64,000 bases of DNA from an uncultured Cellvibrionales bacterium (GTDB taxonomy: Bacteria > Pseudomonadota > Gammaproteobacteria > Pseudomonadales > CAWVSB01), in assembly GCA_963933215.1 (NCBI GenBank), contig CAWVSB010000001.1, positions 626-64,625 on the forward strand, written 5' to 3'. The position numbers were made by a program, and so were the translations under genes. The notes beneath the pieces were generated by a model. The model had not been told where the DNA came from. It saw only the letters and a list, made by a program, of their open reading frames with translations, and did no database searches. Positions 28,763 through 39,159 of the stretch are shown here, in pieces (the first letter of the stretch is position 1; each line of letters opens with the position of its first letter).

Positions 28763-29371
28763 AATTATCGTCGCTTTATGTTCTGTAAAGGCGCTATTGT
28801 AGCCATTTTTTGCGCTCTACGCAGCGATTATGTTGGCCGCGTAGTTGGATGCTTAATTGGGATCAATATCCTCTGCCATTGAGCCGCTCGCCCAGTCATG
28901 TGGATCTTATCTGCTGCTTATAGCCAAGTAAGCCGAGGCAATAAGGGCCTTTTTAAGATTTAAAATCTCCTCCGTAGGCCAATCTAGATGGCATTGGGAT
29001 GGCGAGTGCCACTAAAAATATTAAATACGAACAAAATACCTAGTAAAAGTGCATGGTTAGATAATATAAATGCCATAAAGAATTAGTCTTAGCGGTCAGT
29101 TTCAGCGGGTTATCAACAACTCTGAGGCTAAACCCTGCGGTTTTGTCGATTAGCTAGTTGGCGCTGAGTATCTGCAAGGCTCCCATAATCACTCCTCTTA
29201 GCAGCAACAGAACAACAAAAGGTAGGCTGATACGCTTTAGCGGGCTGATTAATACGACTTCTATCTTGTGTTTGTCGACAACTAAGGCAATAACAACCAG
29301 AAAGGGAAAAGAATATAGGCCTCCGAAAGTAGTTGATAATGACCGCATCGGGTCTATAGAAGGAGCCAGTG

Positions 29372-29458
29372 ATGGCGATTTCTGCCAAGTACATTTGGGC
29401 TGTATGTAATACAATGCTTAACATCATCATGGTGAAGCGAAGAAAATTTAAGCTGTGA
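29372..29458 (+). CDS. Speculative 28-codon small ORF (hydrophobic core plus basic tail)
   Basis: AAGGAG (29360-29365) lies 6 nt upstream of ATG 29372. It encodes MAISAKYIWAVCNTMLNIIMVKRRKFKL, with a TGA stop at 29456-29458. There is no homology evidence and it is below the track threshold. Confidence 0.2.
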   Translation: MAISAKYIWAVCNTMLNIIMVKRRKFKL

Positions 29459-29532
29459 TAGGGTTGCTACATTATGTAGAGTTGTTCTAGCAATTAGTAT
29501 CGGCAAAAGTTAGCTAAATAAAAACTATAATG

Positions 29533-29559
29533 TTGACGTATTTTGTTATTAGTTATACT
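29533..29559 (+). promoter_or_regulatory. Possible sigma70 promoter for the antiporter gene
   Basis: TTGACG (29533-29538), a 15-nt spacer, then TATACT (29554-29559), ~130 nt upstream of ATG 29691. The spacer is shorter than optimal. Confidence 0.25.
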
Positions 29560-29690
29560 GCAATAAAAATATGATACTTCAACTAGCATCAATAAAAATT
29601 ATATGTCTGTTTTCGACGCATCCTAAGTTACGCGTTACTTCAACGCTGCTACCTTTGAGGCGTGTGGTCTAACCAAGAGATAATTATTAG

Positions 29691-31508
29691 ATGGAAATAC
29701 CTAGTTTATTGTTGCTCAGTCTTATTGGCCTGTTGGGGTTGTTATGCCAATGGGCTGCTTGGCGAGTGAAGTTGCCGGCTATTTTGTTTTTATTACTCAC
29801 CGGTATTTTATTGGGTCCCGTAACAGGCTTGCTTGACCCTGATGCGCTATTTGGTGATTTGTTATTTTCTTTTATCTCGTTGTCAGTTGCCATCATTCTG
29901 TTTGAAGGCAGTCTGACTCTGAAGCGATCAGAATTAAGTGAAGTTGGTAGTGTAGTAAAAAATTTGGTGACCTATGGTGCCCTGCTTAATGGGGTTATTG
30001 TCACCATCTGCACACATTATTTAACCGGCATTAGCTGGTCTTTATCGGCCTTGTTCGGAGCTATTATGGTGGTCACCGGTCCCACGGTGATTATGCCAAT
30101 GTTGCGTACGGTAAGGCCCAATGCAGTACTGGCCAGAACTCTGCGCTGGGAGGGTATTGTGATTGATCCGCTGGGCGCGCTGCTGGCAGTATTGGTGTTT
30201 GAATGGATTGTAGCGCATCAAATTGGTACTAATTTACTGCATGTGTTTTCGATCTTTGGTCAGACTATTGCGGTGGGTTCGGTCTTGGGTGGCGGGGTCG
30301 CTTACAGTTATGGCTTACTATTACGGCATCGGTTCATCCCGCTTTATTTACATAACTTTTCCGCTATTGTGGTGGTTACTAGCACCTTTGCGGTGTCCAA
30401 TATATTGATGCATGAGTCAGGTCTGTTAGCAGTGACAATTATGGGGATTTGGCTAGCGAACATGCGCGGCGTGCATACTCGTGACATTCTGAACTTTAAA
30501 GAAAATTTGACCTTAATGCTGGTATCGACATTGTTTATTGTGCTGTCTGCCAGGCTGCAGTTTGACGGTTTGATTACGCTGGGTTGGGGCGCACTTGGAG
30601 TACTGCTCGTTATGCAATTTATTGCCAGGCCTGTCAAAGTGTTTCTGTCCACAATAAACTCGACCCTTAGCCGTAATGAACGGCTGCTACTGGCATGGGT
30701 GGGGCCGCGCGGAATCGTGGCGGCAGCGATCACCGCAGTATTTGCCTTAAAGCTAGAGTTGATGAATATACCTCATGCAGAATTATTAGTGCCGCTTGCT
30801 TTTAGTGTAATTATTGGCACTGTGGTTATTCAGAGCGCTACCGCCAGGTATTTAACGGTGAAGTTGGGGGTGAATGCGCCAGCTGTTAAGGGTTATTTAG
30901 TTATTGGCGGTAACCCCGTAGCTATTGCTATTGGCAAGGCCTTGCAAGAGGCGAAAATAGAAGCTGTTATCTGTGATTCTGACTGGACCAATATTAGTAC
31001 TGCCAGGATGGCGGGACTAAAAACCTATTATGGCAATGCGCTATCAGACCATGCTGAAATGTATTTGGACATGACTACCATGGGCGGGATGATTGGTCTG
31101 TCGCGTAACCATGCAATTAATTCGACCGCTGCGCTGCGCTTTCGTGAAGACTTCGGGCCGAGAAAAATATTTGTATTACCCGAGCTGCACCATCAAAAAG
31201 AACATAGTAAACACCATGCTGGTGAGCTCTATTCTGGGCGCGTACTATTAGGTAACGACTGGAATTACCGTAAACTTTACCGCTTAGTTAATGGCCATGA
31301 AACACTGACTAAAAGCACGCTGTTGACTGAGGCGTATGTATATTCTCAGTGGCTAGAAAATAATGACTTGGACACTACTGTGCCATTATTTGCTCTCGAT
31401 GAAAGCGGTAATTTATTTTGGTTTACTAGCGACGACGAGTTACAACCAAAGCCTGGCTGGAAATTGTTTTCGCTGGCGGCGCCAGTTGAAGAAACTGTTA
31501 CCGGTTAG
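29691..31508 (+). CDS. Cation:proton antiporter (CPA1, NhaP-type Na+/H+ exchanger) with a C-terminal cytoplasmic regulatory domain
   Basis: 605 aa. About 12 helices occupy the first ~400 aa (LFEGSLTLK, WVGPRGIVAAAI). A soluble tail of ~200 aa begins with a Rossmann-like LVIGGNPVAIAIGKAL segment. Confidence 0.85.
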   Translation: MEIPSLLLLSLIGLLGLLCQWAAWRVKLPAILFLLLTGILLGPVTGLLDPDALFGDLLFSFISLSVAIILFEGSLTLKRSELSEVGSVVKNLVTYGALLNGVIVTICTHYLTGISWSLSALFGAIMVVTGPTVIMPMLRTVRPNAVLARTLRWEGIVIDPLGALLAVLVFEWIVAHQIGTNLLHVFSIFGQTIAVGSVLGGGVAYSYGLLLRHRFIPLYLHNFSAIVVVTSTFAVSNILMHESGLLAVTIMGIWLANMRGVHTRDILNFKENLTLMLVSTLFIVLSARLQFDGLITLGWGALGVLLVMQFIARPVKVFLSTINSTLSRNERLLLAWVGPRGIVAAAITAVFALKLELMNIPHAELLVPLAFSVIIGTVVIQSATARYLTVKLGVNAPAVKGYLVIGGNPVAIAIGKALQEAKIEAVICDSDWTNISTARMAGLKTYYGNALSDHAEMYLDMTTMGGMIGLSRNHAINSTAALRFREDFGPRKIFVLPELHHQKEHSKHHAGELYSGRVLLGNDWNYRKLYRLVNGHETLTKSTLLTEAYVYSQWLENNDLDTTVPLFALDESGNLFWFTSDDELQPKPGWKLFSLAAPVEETVTG

Positions 31509-31604
31509 TATTACTTAACAACAGCAATTGGCAGCAGTTTTACTAGCACTGATAGTGTGTTTGGATGGCAGATAGATTGTTATTAGCTCGCTTACAGTAG
31601 TCTG

Positions 31605-31985
31605 CTAAAGTTTTAATATCTGCATGTTGATATCTCGCGCTAAGCCAGCGTCACTAAGTTTGGTTAAATAGCCTTGCCAGTTTTGATCAAAGTTAAAAGC
31701 TAGCTCAAACAGATAATCCCAAGAATAAATGCCGCTATCGTGACCATCGTCAAAGACTGGTTGGATGGCATAGTTGCCGACTGAGGTAAGAGCAATAATT
31801 GCCACATCTTTTTTACCAAACTGCAAAACTGATTGGCCTTGACCATGGCCACGTACTTCTGCTGAAGGTGAAAATACCCGTAAATATTCGCAACTTAACT
31901 GGTAAGTTGTATCACCATAACGAAGCTCAAGTAGCTTAGATTTTTTATGCAGCTTTACTTTGCTTGGAACTTTTAGGTTACTCAT
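31605..31985 (-). CDS. DUF971 domain protein (gamma-butyrobetaine hydroxylase-like N-terminal domain)
   Basis: 126 aa; CEYLRVFSPSAEVRGHG...DDGHDSGIYSWDYL is typical of DUF971. Its position next to hslU matches Pseudomonas. Confidence 0.8.
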   Translation of the reverse strand: MSNLKVPSKVKLHKKSKLLELRYGDTTYQLSCEYLRVFSPSAEVRGHGQGQSVLQFGKKDVAIIALTSVGNYAIQPVFDDGHDSGIYSWDYLFELAFNFDQNWQGYLTKLSDAGLARDINMQILKL

Positions 31986-32009
31986 TACCTTTGCCTAGTT
32001 AGGTCGCGG

Positions 32010-33332
32010 TTATAAAATAAAACGACTCAAGTCTTCGTCTTTGCTTAGTTCGCCTAAGTTGTCATCGACAAAGGTTTTGTCAATGACAATCACTTCACCC
32101 TTAGCAGCAAGATCTGCTGCCTCAAATGAGACAGTTTCAAGCAGGCGTTCTAGTACTGTGTGTAAGCGACGCGCACCTATATTTTCGGTACGCTCATTCA
32201 CTTCCCAGGCCACTTCGGCAATGCGCTCAATACCATCATCACTGAAGCTAATCGTTAAGCCTTCGGTGGCTAACAGTTCAATATATTGGGTTGTTAAGCA
32301 AGCGTTTGGCTCAGTAAGTATACGTTTGAAGTCGTTTGTCGACAGAGCTTGCAGCTCGACCCTAATTGGCAGACGGCCTTGTAGTTCTGGTATTAAATCA
32401 GATGGCTTACATAGGTGGAATGCGCCAGAGGCGATAAATAAAATATGATCAGTTTTCACTGAGCCATGCTTGGTAGTTACAGTGCAGCCTTCAATTAGTG
32501 GCAGTAAATCTCGTTGCACACCTTCACGTGATACATCACCGCCAGTACTCTCTTGACGCTTGGCAACTTTGTCTATTTCGTCTAAAAAAACGATGCCGTT
32601 TTGCTCGGCGGCTGCTACTGCTTTACTTTTGATGTCTTCTTCATTGACTAATTTGGCGGCTTCTTCATCGCGTAATTGCTCAAAGGCAGCTTTGACGGTT
32701 AGGCGTTTATTGGTTTTTTTGCCGCTAGCCATATTTGAAAACATAGACTGTAATTGGTTGGTCATGTCTTCCATACCTGGAGGACTCATTATTTCTACAC
32801 CGACTTGTGATGCAGCTACTTCAATATCTATTTCTTTGTCGTTAAGCTCACCTTGGCGCAGTTTTTTTCTAAAGACTTGGCGGGTTGAAGAGCCACTGTT
32901 GTCTTCATCGCCGCGGGCGGGAGGAAGTAGTGCGTCTAAAATTCTTTCTTCGGCGGCGTCTTCAGCGCGGTGGCGTTGTTTTTCTATTTGTTGTTCACGC
33001 AACTGTTTAACCGAGACATCAACTAAGTCGCGAATAATTGACTCTACGTCACGGCCAACATAGCCGACTTCAGTAAATTTTGTGGCCTCTACTTTTATAA
33101 AGGGAGCATTAGCCAACTTAGCAAGGCGTCGGGCGATTTCAGTTTTACCAACGCCAGTTGGGCCAATCATTAAGATATTTTTAGGCGAGATCTCGGCGCG
33201 TAATTCTTCATCTAACTGCATCCGGCGCCAGCGGTTGCGCAAGGCAATGGCGACCGCGCGCTTGGCGTCACTCTGGCCGACTATGTGTTTGTCTAATTCG
33301 TGAGCTATTTCGCGTGGGGTCATATTCGACAT
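32010..33332 (-). CDS. hslU: ATP-dependent protease ATPase subunit HslU
   Basis: 440 aa; [41 protein letters not shown]. Confidence 0.96.
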   Translation of the reverse strand: MSNMTPREIAHELDKHIVGQSDAKRAVAIALRNRWRRMQLDEELRAEISPKNILMIGPTGVGKTEIARRLAKLANAPFIKVEATKFTEVGYVGRDVESIIRDLVDVSVKQLREQQIEKQRHRAEDAAEERILDALLPPARGDEDNSGSSTRQVFRKKLRQGELNDKEIDIEVAASQVGVEIMSPPGMEDMTNQLQSMFSNMASGKKTNKRLTVKAAFEQLRDEEAAKLVNEEDIKSKAVAAAEQNGIVFLDEIDKVAKRQESTGGDVSREGVQRDLLPLIEGCTVTTKHGSVKTDHILFIASGAFHLCKPSDLIPELQGRLPIRVELQALSTNDFKRILTEPNACLTTQYIELLATEGLTISFSDDGIERIAEVAWEVNERTENIGARRLHTVLERLLETVSFEAADLAAKGEVIVIDKTFVDDNLGELSKDEDLSRFIL

Positions 33333-33368
33333 CAGTGACTGTATTCCTATTCTGTGTTCTAGCTAGCC

Positions 33369-33914
33369 TTAAGTATTGCTATCTAATTCTTCAATAGTGA
33401 GGTTTTCATTAGTATAAATACAAATGCTGGCAGCAATGCCCAGGCTTTTGGTAACAATCTCTTTGGCGCTTAAATCAGTATTTTCTGCTAAGGCGCGAGC
33501 AGCCGATTGTGCGAAGGGGCCGCCAGAGCCAATGGCAATTAAGCTATTCTCTGGCTCGATAACGTCGCCATTACCAGTGATAATTAACGACGTTTCAGCA
33601 TCGGCTACAGCCAGTAATGCATCGAGCTGGCGCAAGGAGCGCTCGGTACGCCAAGCTTTTGCCAACTCTACGGCAGCACGGGTAAGTTGGCCTTGATATT
33701 TTTCCAGCTGAGCTTCAAATAGCTCGAATAATGTAAAGGCATCAGCGGTGCCGCCGGCAAAGCCAGCTACAACATTGTCATTATAAAGCCGGCGTACTTT
33801 GCGGGCATTGCCTTTCATTACGGTGTTGCCCATGGATACTTGACCATCGCCGCCGATGACGACTTTGCCGTTGCGTCGGTAAGATAAAATTGTGGTGCCG
33901 CGATATTGCTCCAA
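33369..33914 (-). CDS. hslV: ATP-dependent protease subunit HslV
   Basis: 181 aa; [35 protein letters not shown]. Six residues (MEQYRG) precede the catalytic Thr. Confidence 0.95.
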   Translation of the reverse strand: MEQYRGTTILSYRRNGKVVIGGDGQVSMGNTVMKGNARKVRRLYNDNVVAGFAGGTADAFTLFELFEAQLEKYQGQLTRAAVELAKAWRTERSLRQLDALLAVADAETSLIITGNGDVIEPENSLIAIGSGGPFAQSAARALAENTDLSAKEIVTKSLGIAASICIYTNENLTIEELDSNT

Positions 33915-34008
33915 GTTGTACTCCTTGGCTAAAACTAAGATTGCTAAGAATAGTAAAGTTGGGTTTGGCGACAGGATTTCAAGGTGTGGCGCAAAATCAA
34001 GCAGCTGG

Positions 34009-34569
34009 TTAATTAACTTTGCGCTTAATAACCATTGTGTCGATACCTTCTTGTATTAACTGACTTCTTGCCGCTGACAGTTTAGAGCGGCTAGCAAGTG
34101 GGCCCATCTGTACTCGGTGCCATGTGGTACCTTTATTACTGAATTTTTCAATATTGGCTTCGAATCCCAGCAAGCCTAGCTCGGCGCGGCGTTGTTCCGC
34201 GTCGCTATCTTTTACGAACGACCCGGCTTGCAGGAAGTAAACATATTTAGTCTCATCCGCTTGCGTTGCGCTACTGCGGTCTACAATGACTTCGTTTTCA
34301 GGCAATAGAGTATAAAAATCAAAGCGCGTGTCTGACGCATCTGCAGTGGGTTGTTGCGGTGTAGACTTTTCAACTATGGTGACTCCAGGGGTGGGCAGAG
34401 TTGCCAAATGATACAAAAATGCAATTAGTAAGCCCAAAGCTAGACCGGTGAAAAGCCAAACCCAGGCTGGCGGCGTGCTGCTTTGTTTTGGTGCAAACTT
34501 CGTCTTGCGGCTATTTTTCTTGGTCGCTGGCGTTGCAGGCGCTTGTTTTTTTGCGTAATCAATTGTCAT
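34009..34569 (-). CDS. SPOR domain-containing cell-division-associated protein
   Basis: 186 aa counted from ATG 34569 ([11 protein letters not shown]...). It has one TM helix ([18 protein letters not shown]) and a C-terminal SPOR domain (YFLQAGSF...[12 protein letters not shown]...WHRVQMGP). The track start at 34692 overlaps the argS promoter side. Confidence 0.85.
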   Translation of the reverse strand: MTIDYAKKQAPATPATKKNSRKTKFAPKQSSTPPAWVWLFTGLALGLLIAFLYHLATLPTPGVTIVEKSTPQQPTADASDTRFDFYTLLPENEVIVDRSSATQADETKYVYFLQAGSFVKDSDAEQRRAELGLLGFEANIEKFSNKGTTWHRVQMGPLASRSKLSAARSQLIQEGIDTMVIKRKVN

Positions 34570-34741
34570 GGTGAATTCTGTAGTTTTGCCGCCGATTTTA
34601 GCCAATTTTGGCAAAGATTTGTGAATAGCCGCTTTATGCGAGGGACTATAACTGCAGCGCAGGGCCCTGAGCAAGTGACGGCTGACTTGCATTGTAAATT
34701 TGTGGCACTACAATCGCCGTTCCTTACTAAGTGAGCATGTA

Positions 34742-36481
34742 ATGAACATTAAAACCCTACTTTCAGACCGTATAAGCGCGGCAATGGTTGCCGTTGGGAT
34801 TGATTCTGCCTGTGAGCCAATGGTGACGCTGAGTACGCGTGCTGAATTTGGCGATTTTCAAGCTAATGGTGTGTTGGGTGCGGCAAAGCGCATGAAGACA
34901 AATCCTAGAGCGCTGGCTGAGCAAGTGATAGCTGAATTAGATCTTGACGGTATTGCCAGTAAACTTGAATTAGCAGGGCCGGGGTTTATCAATATTCACT
35001 TGGCTGATCAATTTGTTGCTAGTCAGGTATCTAGCCAGGCCCAGCATCCGCGGTTGGGCATCGATGACGCTCGGCAGATGAAAAAAGTTGTGGTGGATTA
35101 TTCGGCGCCTAACCTTGCTAAAGAAATGCATGTAGGTCATTTGCGTAGCACAATTATTGGCGATTCTGTTGTTAAGGTATTAGAGTTTTTGGGTTTTGAT
35201 GTGGTGCGTCAAAATCATATGGGTGACTGGGGTACCCAGTTTGGGATGTTGATTGCTGAGTTAGAAGCACAGTTGGGCAGAGATGAATCGCCGGTAATTG
35301 CTTTGCATGATTTAGAAGTGTTTTATCAGCAAGCGAAGAAGCATTTTGACGAAGACGAGGCTTTTGCCCAAACCGCCCGCGATTATGTGGTTAAGTTACA
35401 AGGGGGTGACACCCACTGTCGTAAACTTTGGCAGCAGTTTATTGACATATCGGTTGCTCACAGTGAAGAGTTGTATCAGCAGTTAAACGTTAGTTTAAGG
35501 TCTGGAGATGTGCGTGCTGAAAGCTCTTATAACGACGACTTGGCAGGCATTGTCGCAGAGCTAGAGCGACAAAACATTACTGTCGATAGTGAAGGTGCCA
35601 AGCTGGTATTTTTACAAGAGCTGGCAGATAAAAATGGCAACCCAAGCCCGGTCATCGTGCAAAAATCCGGTGGAGGGTTTTTATATTCAACCAGTGACTT
35701 AGCCGCAGTACAGTATCGTGCCAATGAGTTAAAAGCTGATCGGGTGATGTATTTTATTGATGCCCGCCAGTCACTGCATATGAAACAAATATTCTTGATT
35801 TCAAAGAAAGCGGGCTTTGCACCAGAGGCAATGCAATTAGAGCATCACCCGTTTGGTACTATGATGGGCAAAGATGGTAAGCCGTTTAAAACCAGAGCTG
35901 GTGGCACCGTTAAATTAGCTGAACTATTAGTAGAAGCGATAGCTCGAGCAACTGATCTTGTGCGTGACAAAAACCCGGGCTTGCCGGCTGATGAAATAGC
36001 TGAGATTGGTCGCAAGGTTGGAATTGGCGCGGTTAAATATGCAGATTTAAGCAAAACACGCACTAACGATTATATTTTTGACTGGGACTCAATGCTGAGT
36101 TTTGAGGGGAATACCGCACCATATTTGCAGTATGCCGATACCCGTATTCGGAGTATTTTTAGAAAAGCTAATATCGATAAAGACAGCTATGCTGCTGATA
36201 TTATTATTGCGCAAAATCAAGAAAAACAATTAGCTTTAAAGCTATTACAGTTTGAACAAGTATTACAGCAAGTAGCTAGTGATGCCTATCCGCACACCTT
36301 ATGTAACTACGTTTATGACGTGGCCAGTTTGTTTATGTCGTTTTATGAGCATTGTCCTATATTGAAAGAAGGTGTGAGCGAGCAAAGTAAAAATAGTCGG
36401 TTGATGTTAGCTAAACTGAGTTCTGATATTTTATCAACAGGGCTTGAGTTGCTGGGTATTGAAACGATGGAGCAAATGTAG
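34742..36481 (+). CDS. argS: Arginine--tRNA ligase
   Basis: 579 aa counted from ATG 34742 ([11 protein letters not shown]). It has the HIGH-type motif EMHVGHLRS, and the size is typical of ArgS. Confidence 0.95.
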   Translation: MNIKTLLSDRISAAMVAVGIDSACEPMVTLSTRAEFGDFQANGVLGAAKRMKTNPRALAEQVIAELDLDGIASKLELAGPGFINIHLADQFVASQVSSQAQHPRLGIDDARQMKKVVVDYSAPNLAKEMHVGHLRSTIIGDSVVKVLEFLGFDVVRQNHMGDWGTQFGMLIAELEAQLGRDESPVIALHDLEVFYQQAKKHFDEDEAFAQTARDYVVKLQGGDTHCRKLWQQFIDISVAHSEELYQQLNVSLRSGDVRAESSYNDDLAGIVAELERQNITVDSEGAKLVFLQELADKNGNPSPVIVQKSGGGFLYSTSDLAAVQYRANELKADRVMYFIDARQSLHMKQIFLISKKAGFAPEAMQLEHHPFGTMMGKDGKPFKTRAGGTVKLAELLVEAIARATDLVRDKNPGLPADEIAEIGRKVGIGAVKYADLSKTRTNDYIFDWDSMLSFEGNTAPYLQYADTRIRSIFRKANIDKDSYAADIIIAQNQEKQLALKLLQFEQVLQQVASDAYPHTLCNYVYDVASLFMSFYEHCPILKEGVSEQSKNSRLMLAKLSSDILSTGLELLGIETMEQM

Positions 36482-36492
36482 CTAGTTAAGCG

Positions 36493-38694
36493 CTAGCCCA
36501 TTTCCTGCGGGTCTACATCGATTGACCAGCGGATGTGGCCAATACGTTTTTTAGTGGCTAGCCGTGCTTCGGCAAGCTTAAGGGCGTAGTGTAAAACTCT
36601 GCGTTCACTCGATTGCACAATCAGTTGCGCTCTAAACCTGCCCGCGCGGCGGATCATCGGAGCGGGCAGTGGACCAGTAATGTGGGCGCCACAATTGGCC
36701 GCATTCTTTACTTCTAATAATAGCTCATCTAGCTGATTGGGTTGAGTGCCTTCGGCGCGAATCATGGCCATATAGCCAAATGGGGGCAAGTTTAGCAGCT
36801 TGCGCTCGGCGACTAGGTCTTGGGCAAATTGTTGATAGCCATTGGCTAATAAATTAACCAGTTGCGGATTGTCGGGGTAATGGGTTTGCAGCATTACTAA
36901 ACCTTGTTTCTCTTCCCGGCCAGCGCGGCCTGCTACCTGTATTAATAGTTGGGCGGTTTTTTCTGGGCCTCTAAAATCTGCGCTAAAAAATCCGCCGTCT
37001 GCGTTGACGACAACAACCAAAGCAAGTTTAGAAAAGTGATGGCCTTTGGCAAGCATTTGCGTGCCAACCATGATGCAGGGCTTCCCGGCATGTACTGGCG
37101 CAAGTAGTTTGTTGAGGGCGTCTTTGCCGGTGGTGGTATCGCTGTCAATTCTGATAACTGAATACTGAGGAAAGCTATTGTTTAAACTTTGCTCGATTTG
37201 TTCAGTACCTTCGCCTTTGGTAATGAGTCGGGCGTCGTTACAGTTGGGGCAGGTTGGAGGCAGCGGCCGCATAGTATCGCAGTGATGACAGTACAGTTTG
37301 CGCTGGCTTAAATGCAGAGTCATGCGCGCGTCGCAGCGATTACACTCGGCTAGCCAGCCGCATTGATGGCACAGTAAGGAGGGGGCAAAGCCACGCCGAT
37401 TTAAAAACACCAAGGCTTGTTCGCCCTTGCTCAGCGTATGCTGTAATTGCTGCATACATTGTTGAGAGATCCCCGCTTGTAAGGGTTGGCTTTTAATGTC
37501 GACTATTTTAAATTGTGGCAGTTTGGAGTCACCTGCGCGCTGGGTGAGTTTGAGTTTTATTGACCTGCCGGCAGCGGCATTTTGTAAGCTTTCTAATGAC
37601 GGAGTGGCGCTGCCCAGCACTATAGGGATGTTGTTGTTACGGGCGCGGATAATAGCGGCGTCGCGGGCAGAAAAACGAAAGCCATCTTGTTGCTTAAGTG
37701 ATATATCGTGTTCTTCATCAATGATGATCACGCCTAAACTTTTAAAGGGTGTAAATAGTGCCGAACGAGTGCCGATAACAATGGCCGCTTGACCGCTTTT
37801 GGCACTGAGCCAAGCATCTAATCGCTGGCGCTCGTTTAGGCCAGAGTGTAGCACTAGCACCGGACGCTTAAAGCGCTCGGCAAAGCGCTGTTGAGTTTGC
37901 GGCGTCAGTCCAATTTCAGGGACTAATACTAGTGCTTGCTTACCTTGGTCTAAAATATGGCTGATAAACTGCAGGTAAACCTCGGTTTTACCACTGCCGG
38001 TAACACCTTCAAGTAAAAAGCTTTGATAATTGTCACTGTGTTCCAATAAGACTGTTAGCGCGACTGTTTGTTCTTGGTTTAGCGTTAATGGCGGTTTTGT
38101 CTCATCAATAGCGCTAAGAACAGGCTCTGCAATAATTTCGATCTCTTCTGCTAAACCTTTATCGACTAGGGCCTTGGCCGCGGTGAGATTAATGCCGGCG
38201 TTAGTTAAGTCGTTTCGGCTTACTGCATTTTGTTGGCGCAGCAGGGCAAGCAGCGTTTGTTGGCTACGGGCATTACTAAGCGCGTTTTCAGCTAAACCCT
38301 TGCCATGGTTAGTTAGTTGCCAGGCCCGCTGTGGTTTGTAGGTAGCGGCTAAGCCATCGCGCAGTAATGCTGGTAGGGCATGTTGTAATACGTTGCCTAA
38401 AGAATGATGGTAGTAGTCGGCGGCCCATTTACAGAGCGAGAATATATCCGGGTTAAATACTGGTTGTTGGTCAATAATAGCGAGGGCAGGTTTTAGTTTA
38501 TCTTGGGGGTAGTCGCTAGTGTGCTTTACCGCTAATAAAACTCCCACCAGGGTTCTGGGCCCAAATGACACACTGATTCTTATCCCGGGAGTTAGCGCGG
38601 CAATGTCTAGCTCGGGGCAGCCAGTTGGGAGTAAATAGTCGAACCCGCCGATTAATGGCGTTGGCACAGCTATTGATAGAATTATGGCAGGCAT
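36493..38694 (-). CDS. priA: Primosomal replication restart helicase PriA
   Basis: 733 aa. It has Walker A GVTGSGKTEVY, DEEHD and a Cys-rich zinc-binding insert (CHQCGW..CNRCD...CHHCD...CPNC). Confidence 0.95.
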   Translation of the reverse strand: MPAIILSIAVPTPLIGGFDYLLPTGCPELDIAALTPGIRISVSFGPRTLVGVLLAVKHTSDYPQDKLKPALAIIDQQPVFNPDIFSLCKWAADYYHHSLGNVLQHALPALLRDGLAATYKPQRAWQLTNHGKGLAENALSNARSQQTLLALLRQQNAVSRNDLTNAGINLTAAKALVDKGLAEEIEIIAEPVLSAIDETKPPLTLNQEQTVALTVLLEHSDNYQSFLLEGVTGSGKTEVYLQFISHILDQGKQALVLVPEIGLTPQTQQRFAERFKRPVLVLHSGLNERQRLDAWLSAKSGQAAIVIGTRSALFTPFKSLGVIIIDEEHDISLKQQDGFRFSARDAAIIRARNNNIPIVLGSATPSLESLQNAAAGRSIKLKLTQRAGDSKLPQFKIVDIKSQPLQAGISQQCMQQLQHTLSKGEQALVFLNRRGFAPSLLCHQCGWLAECNRCDARMTLHLSQRKLYCHHCDTMRPLPPTCPNCNDARLITKGEGTEQIEQSLNNSFPQYSVIRIDSDTTTGKDALNKLLAPVHAGKPCIMVGTQMLAKGHHFSKLALVVVVNADGGFFSADFRGPEKTAQLLIQVAGRAGREEKQGLVMLQTHYPDNPQLVNLLANGYQQFAQDLVAERKLLNLPPFGYMAMIRAEGTQPNQLDELLLEVKNAANCGAHITGPLPAPMIRRAGRFRAQLIVQSSERRVLHYALKLAEARLATKKRIGHIRWSIDVDPQEMG

Positions 38695-38897
38695 TAAGGC
38701 TCAGAGGTTGATTGAAAGCAGCCAAATAGTTTAGCACGATGCGAGCCACGCATGCTTGCCTAGCCGGTTGATAGTGCGTATGATGCGCGATCTTTCTAAA
38801 CGGGTAGTCTTATTGCCCTGAGAAAAGCTCTGATTAGATGCAATACGGTGCCTAACGAGGTTAGGTGGCGGTGTTGCCAAACACAGGAATTAGTACC

Positions 38898-39113
38898 ATG
38901 AGAAACGATATTCACCCAAAATATGCAGCTATTTCTGCAACTTGCAGTTGTGGCAACGTGGTTGAAACTGCTTCAACCCTAGGCAAAGACATTCATGTTG
39001 AGATTTGTTCTGCTTGTCACCCATTTTATACGGGTAAGCAAAAGCAGGCAGAGGTCGGCGGCCGTATTGATAAGTTTAAGAAACGTTTTGGTGGCAGAAG
39101 CGTACGCAGCTAA
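38898..39113 (+). CDS. rpmE: 50S ribosomal protein L31 (zinc-binding type A)
   Basis: 71 aa counted from ATG 38898 (MRNDIHPKY...CSCGN...[13 protein letters not shown]). The track start at 38865 is an upstream extension. Confidence 0.93.
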   Translation: MRNDIHPKYAAISATCSCGNVVETASTLGKDIHVEICSACHPFYTGKQKQAEVGGRIDKFKKRFGGRSVRS

Positions 39114-39159
39114 ATGCTGGGTTAAGCTTTTGTGCGAGAGCAAGGCTGGTAACACAGCA

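Noticed and set aside
29128-29430. Three mutually overlapping track ORFs (100 aa and 86 aa on the minus strand, 83 aa on the plus strand) in the ubiE-antiporter gap.
   Set aside because: None has a convincing start codon context (the 86-aa ORF starts at TTG without an SD), and I recognised no motifs. The 86-aa ORF has two hydrophobic stretches and could be a membrane-protein remnant, but I cannot support a call. The region is reported as a finding instead.
32041-33303. Long plus-strand ORFs (135, 167 and 73 aa) antisense to hslU. Similar antisense ORFs lie inside ubiB (26986-27375), the antiporter gene (30344-30733), pilQ (46880-47308, 47897-48256), priA (37496-37792, 38030-38341), ntrC, glnA, dxs and the TonB receptor gene.
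   Set aside because: Each lies fully inside a confidently identified gene on the other strand and has low-complexity Ser/Ala/Arg/Leu-rich translations. None has a ribosome-binding site or recognisable motif. They are typical shadow ORFs.
38835-38875. Short hairpin CCTAAC-GAG-GTTAGG in the rpmE 5' leader as a possible L31 autoregulatory structure.
   Set aside because: It is only a 6-bp stem. I cannot relate it to any conserved leader structure from sequence alone, so I did not report it as a feature.
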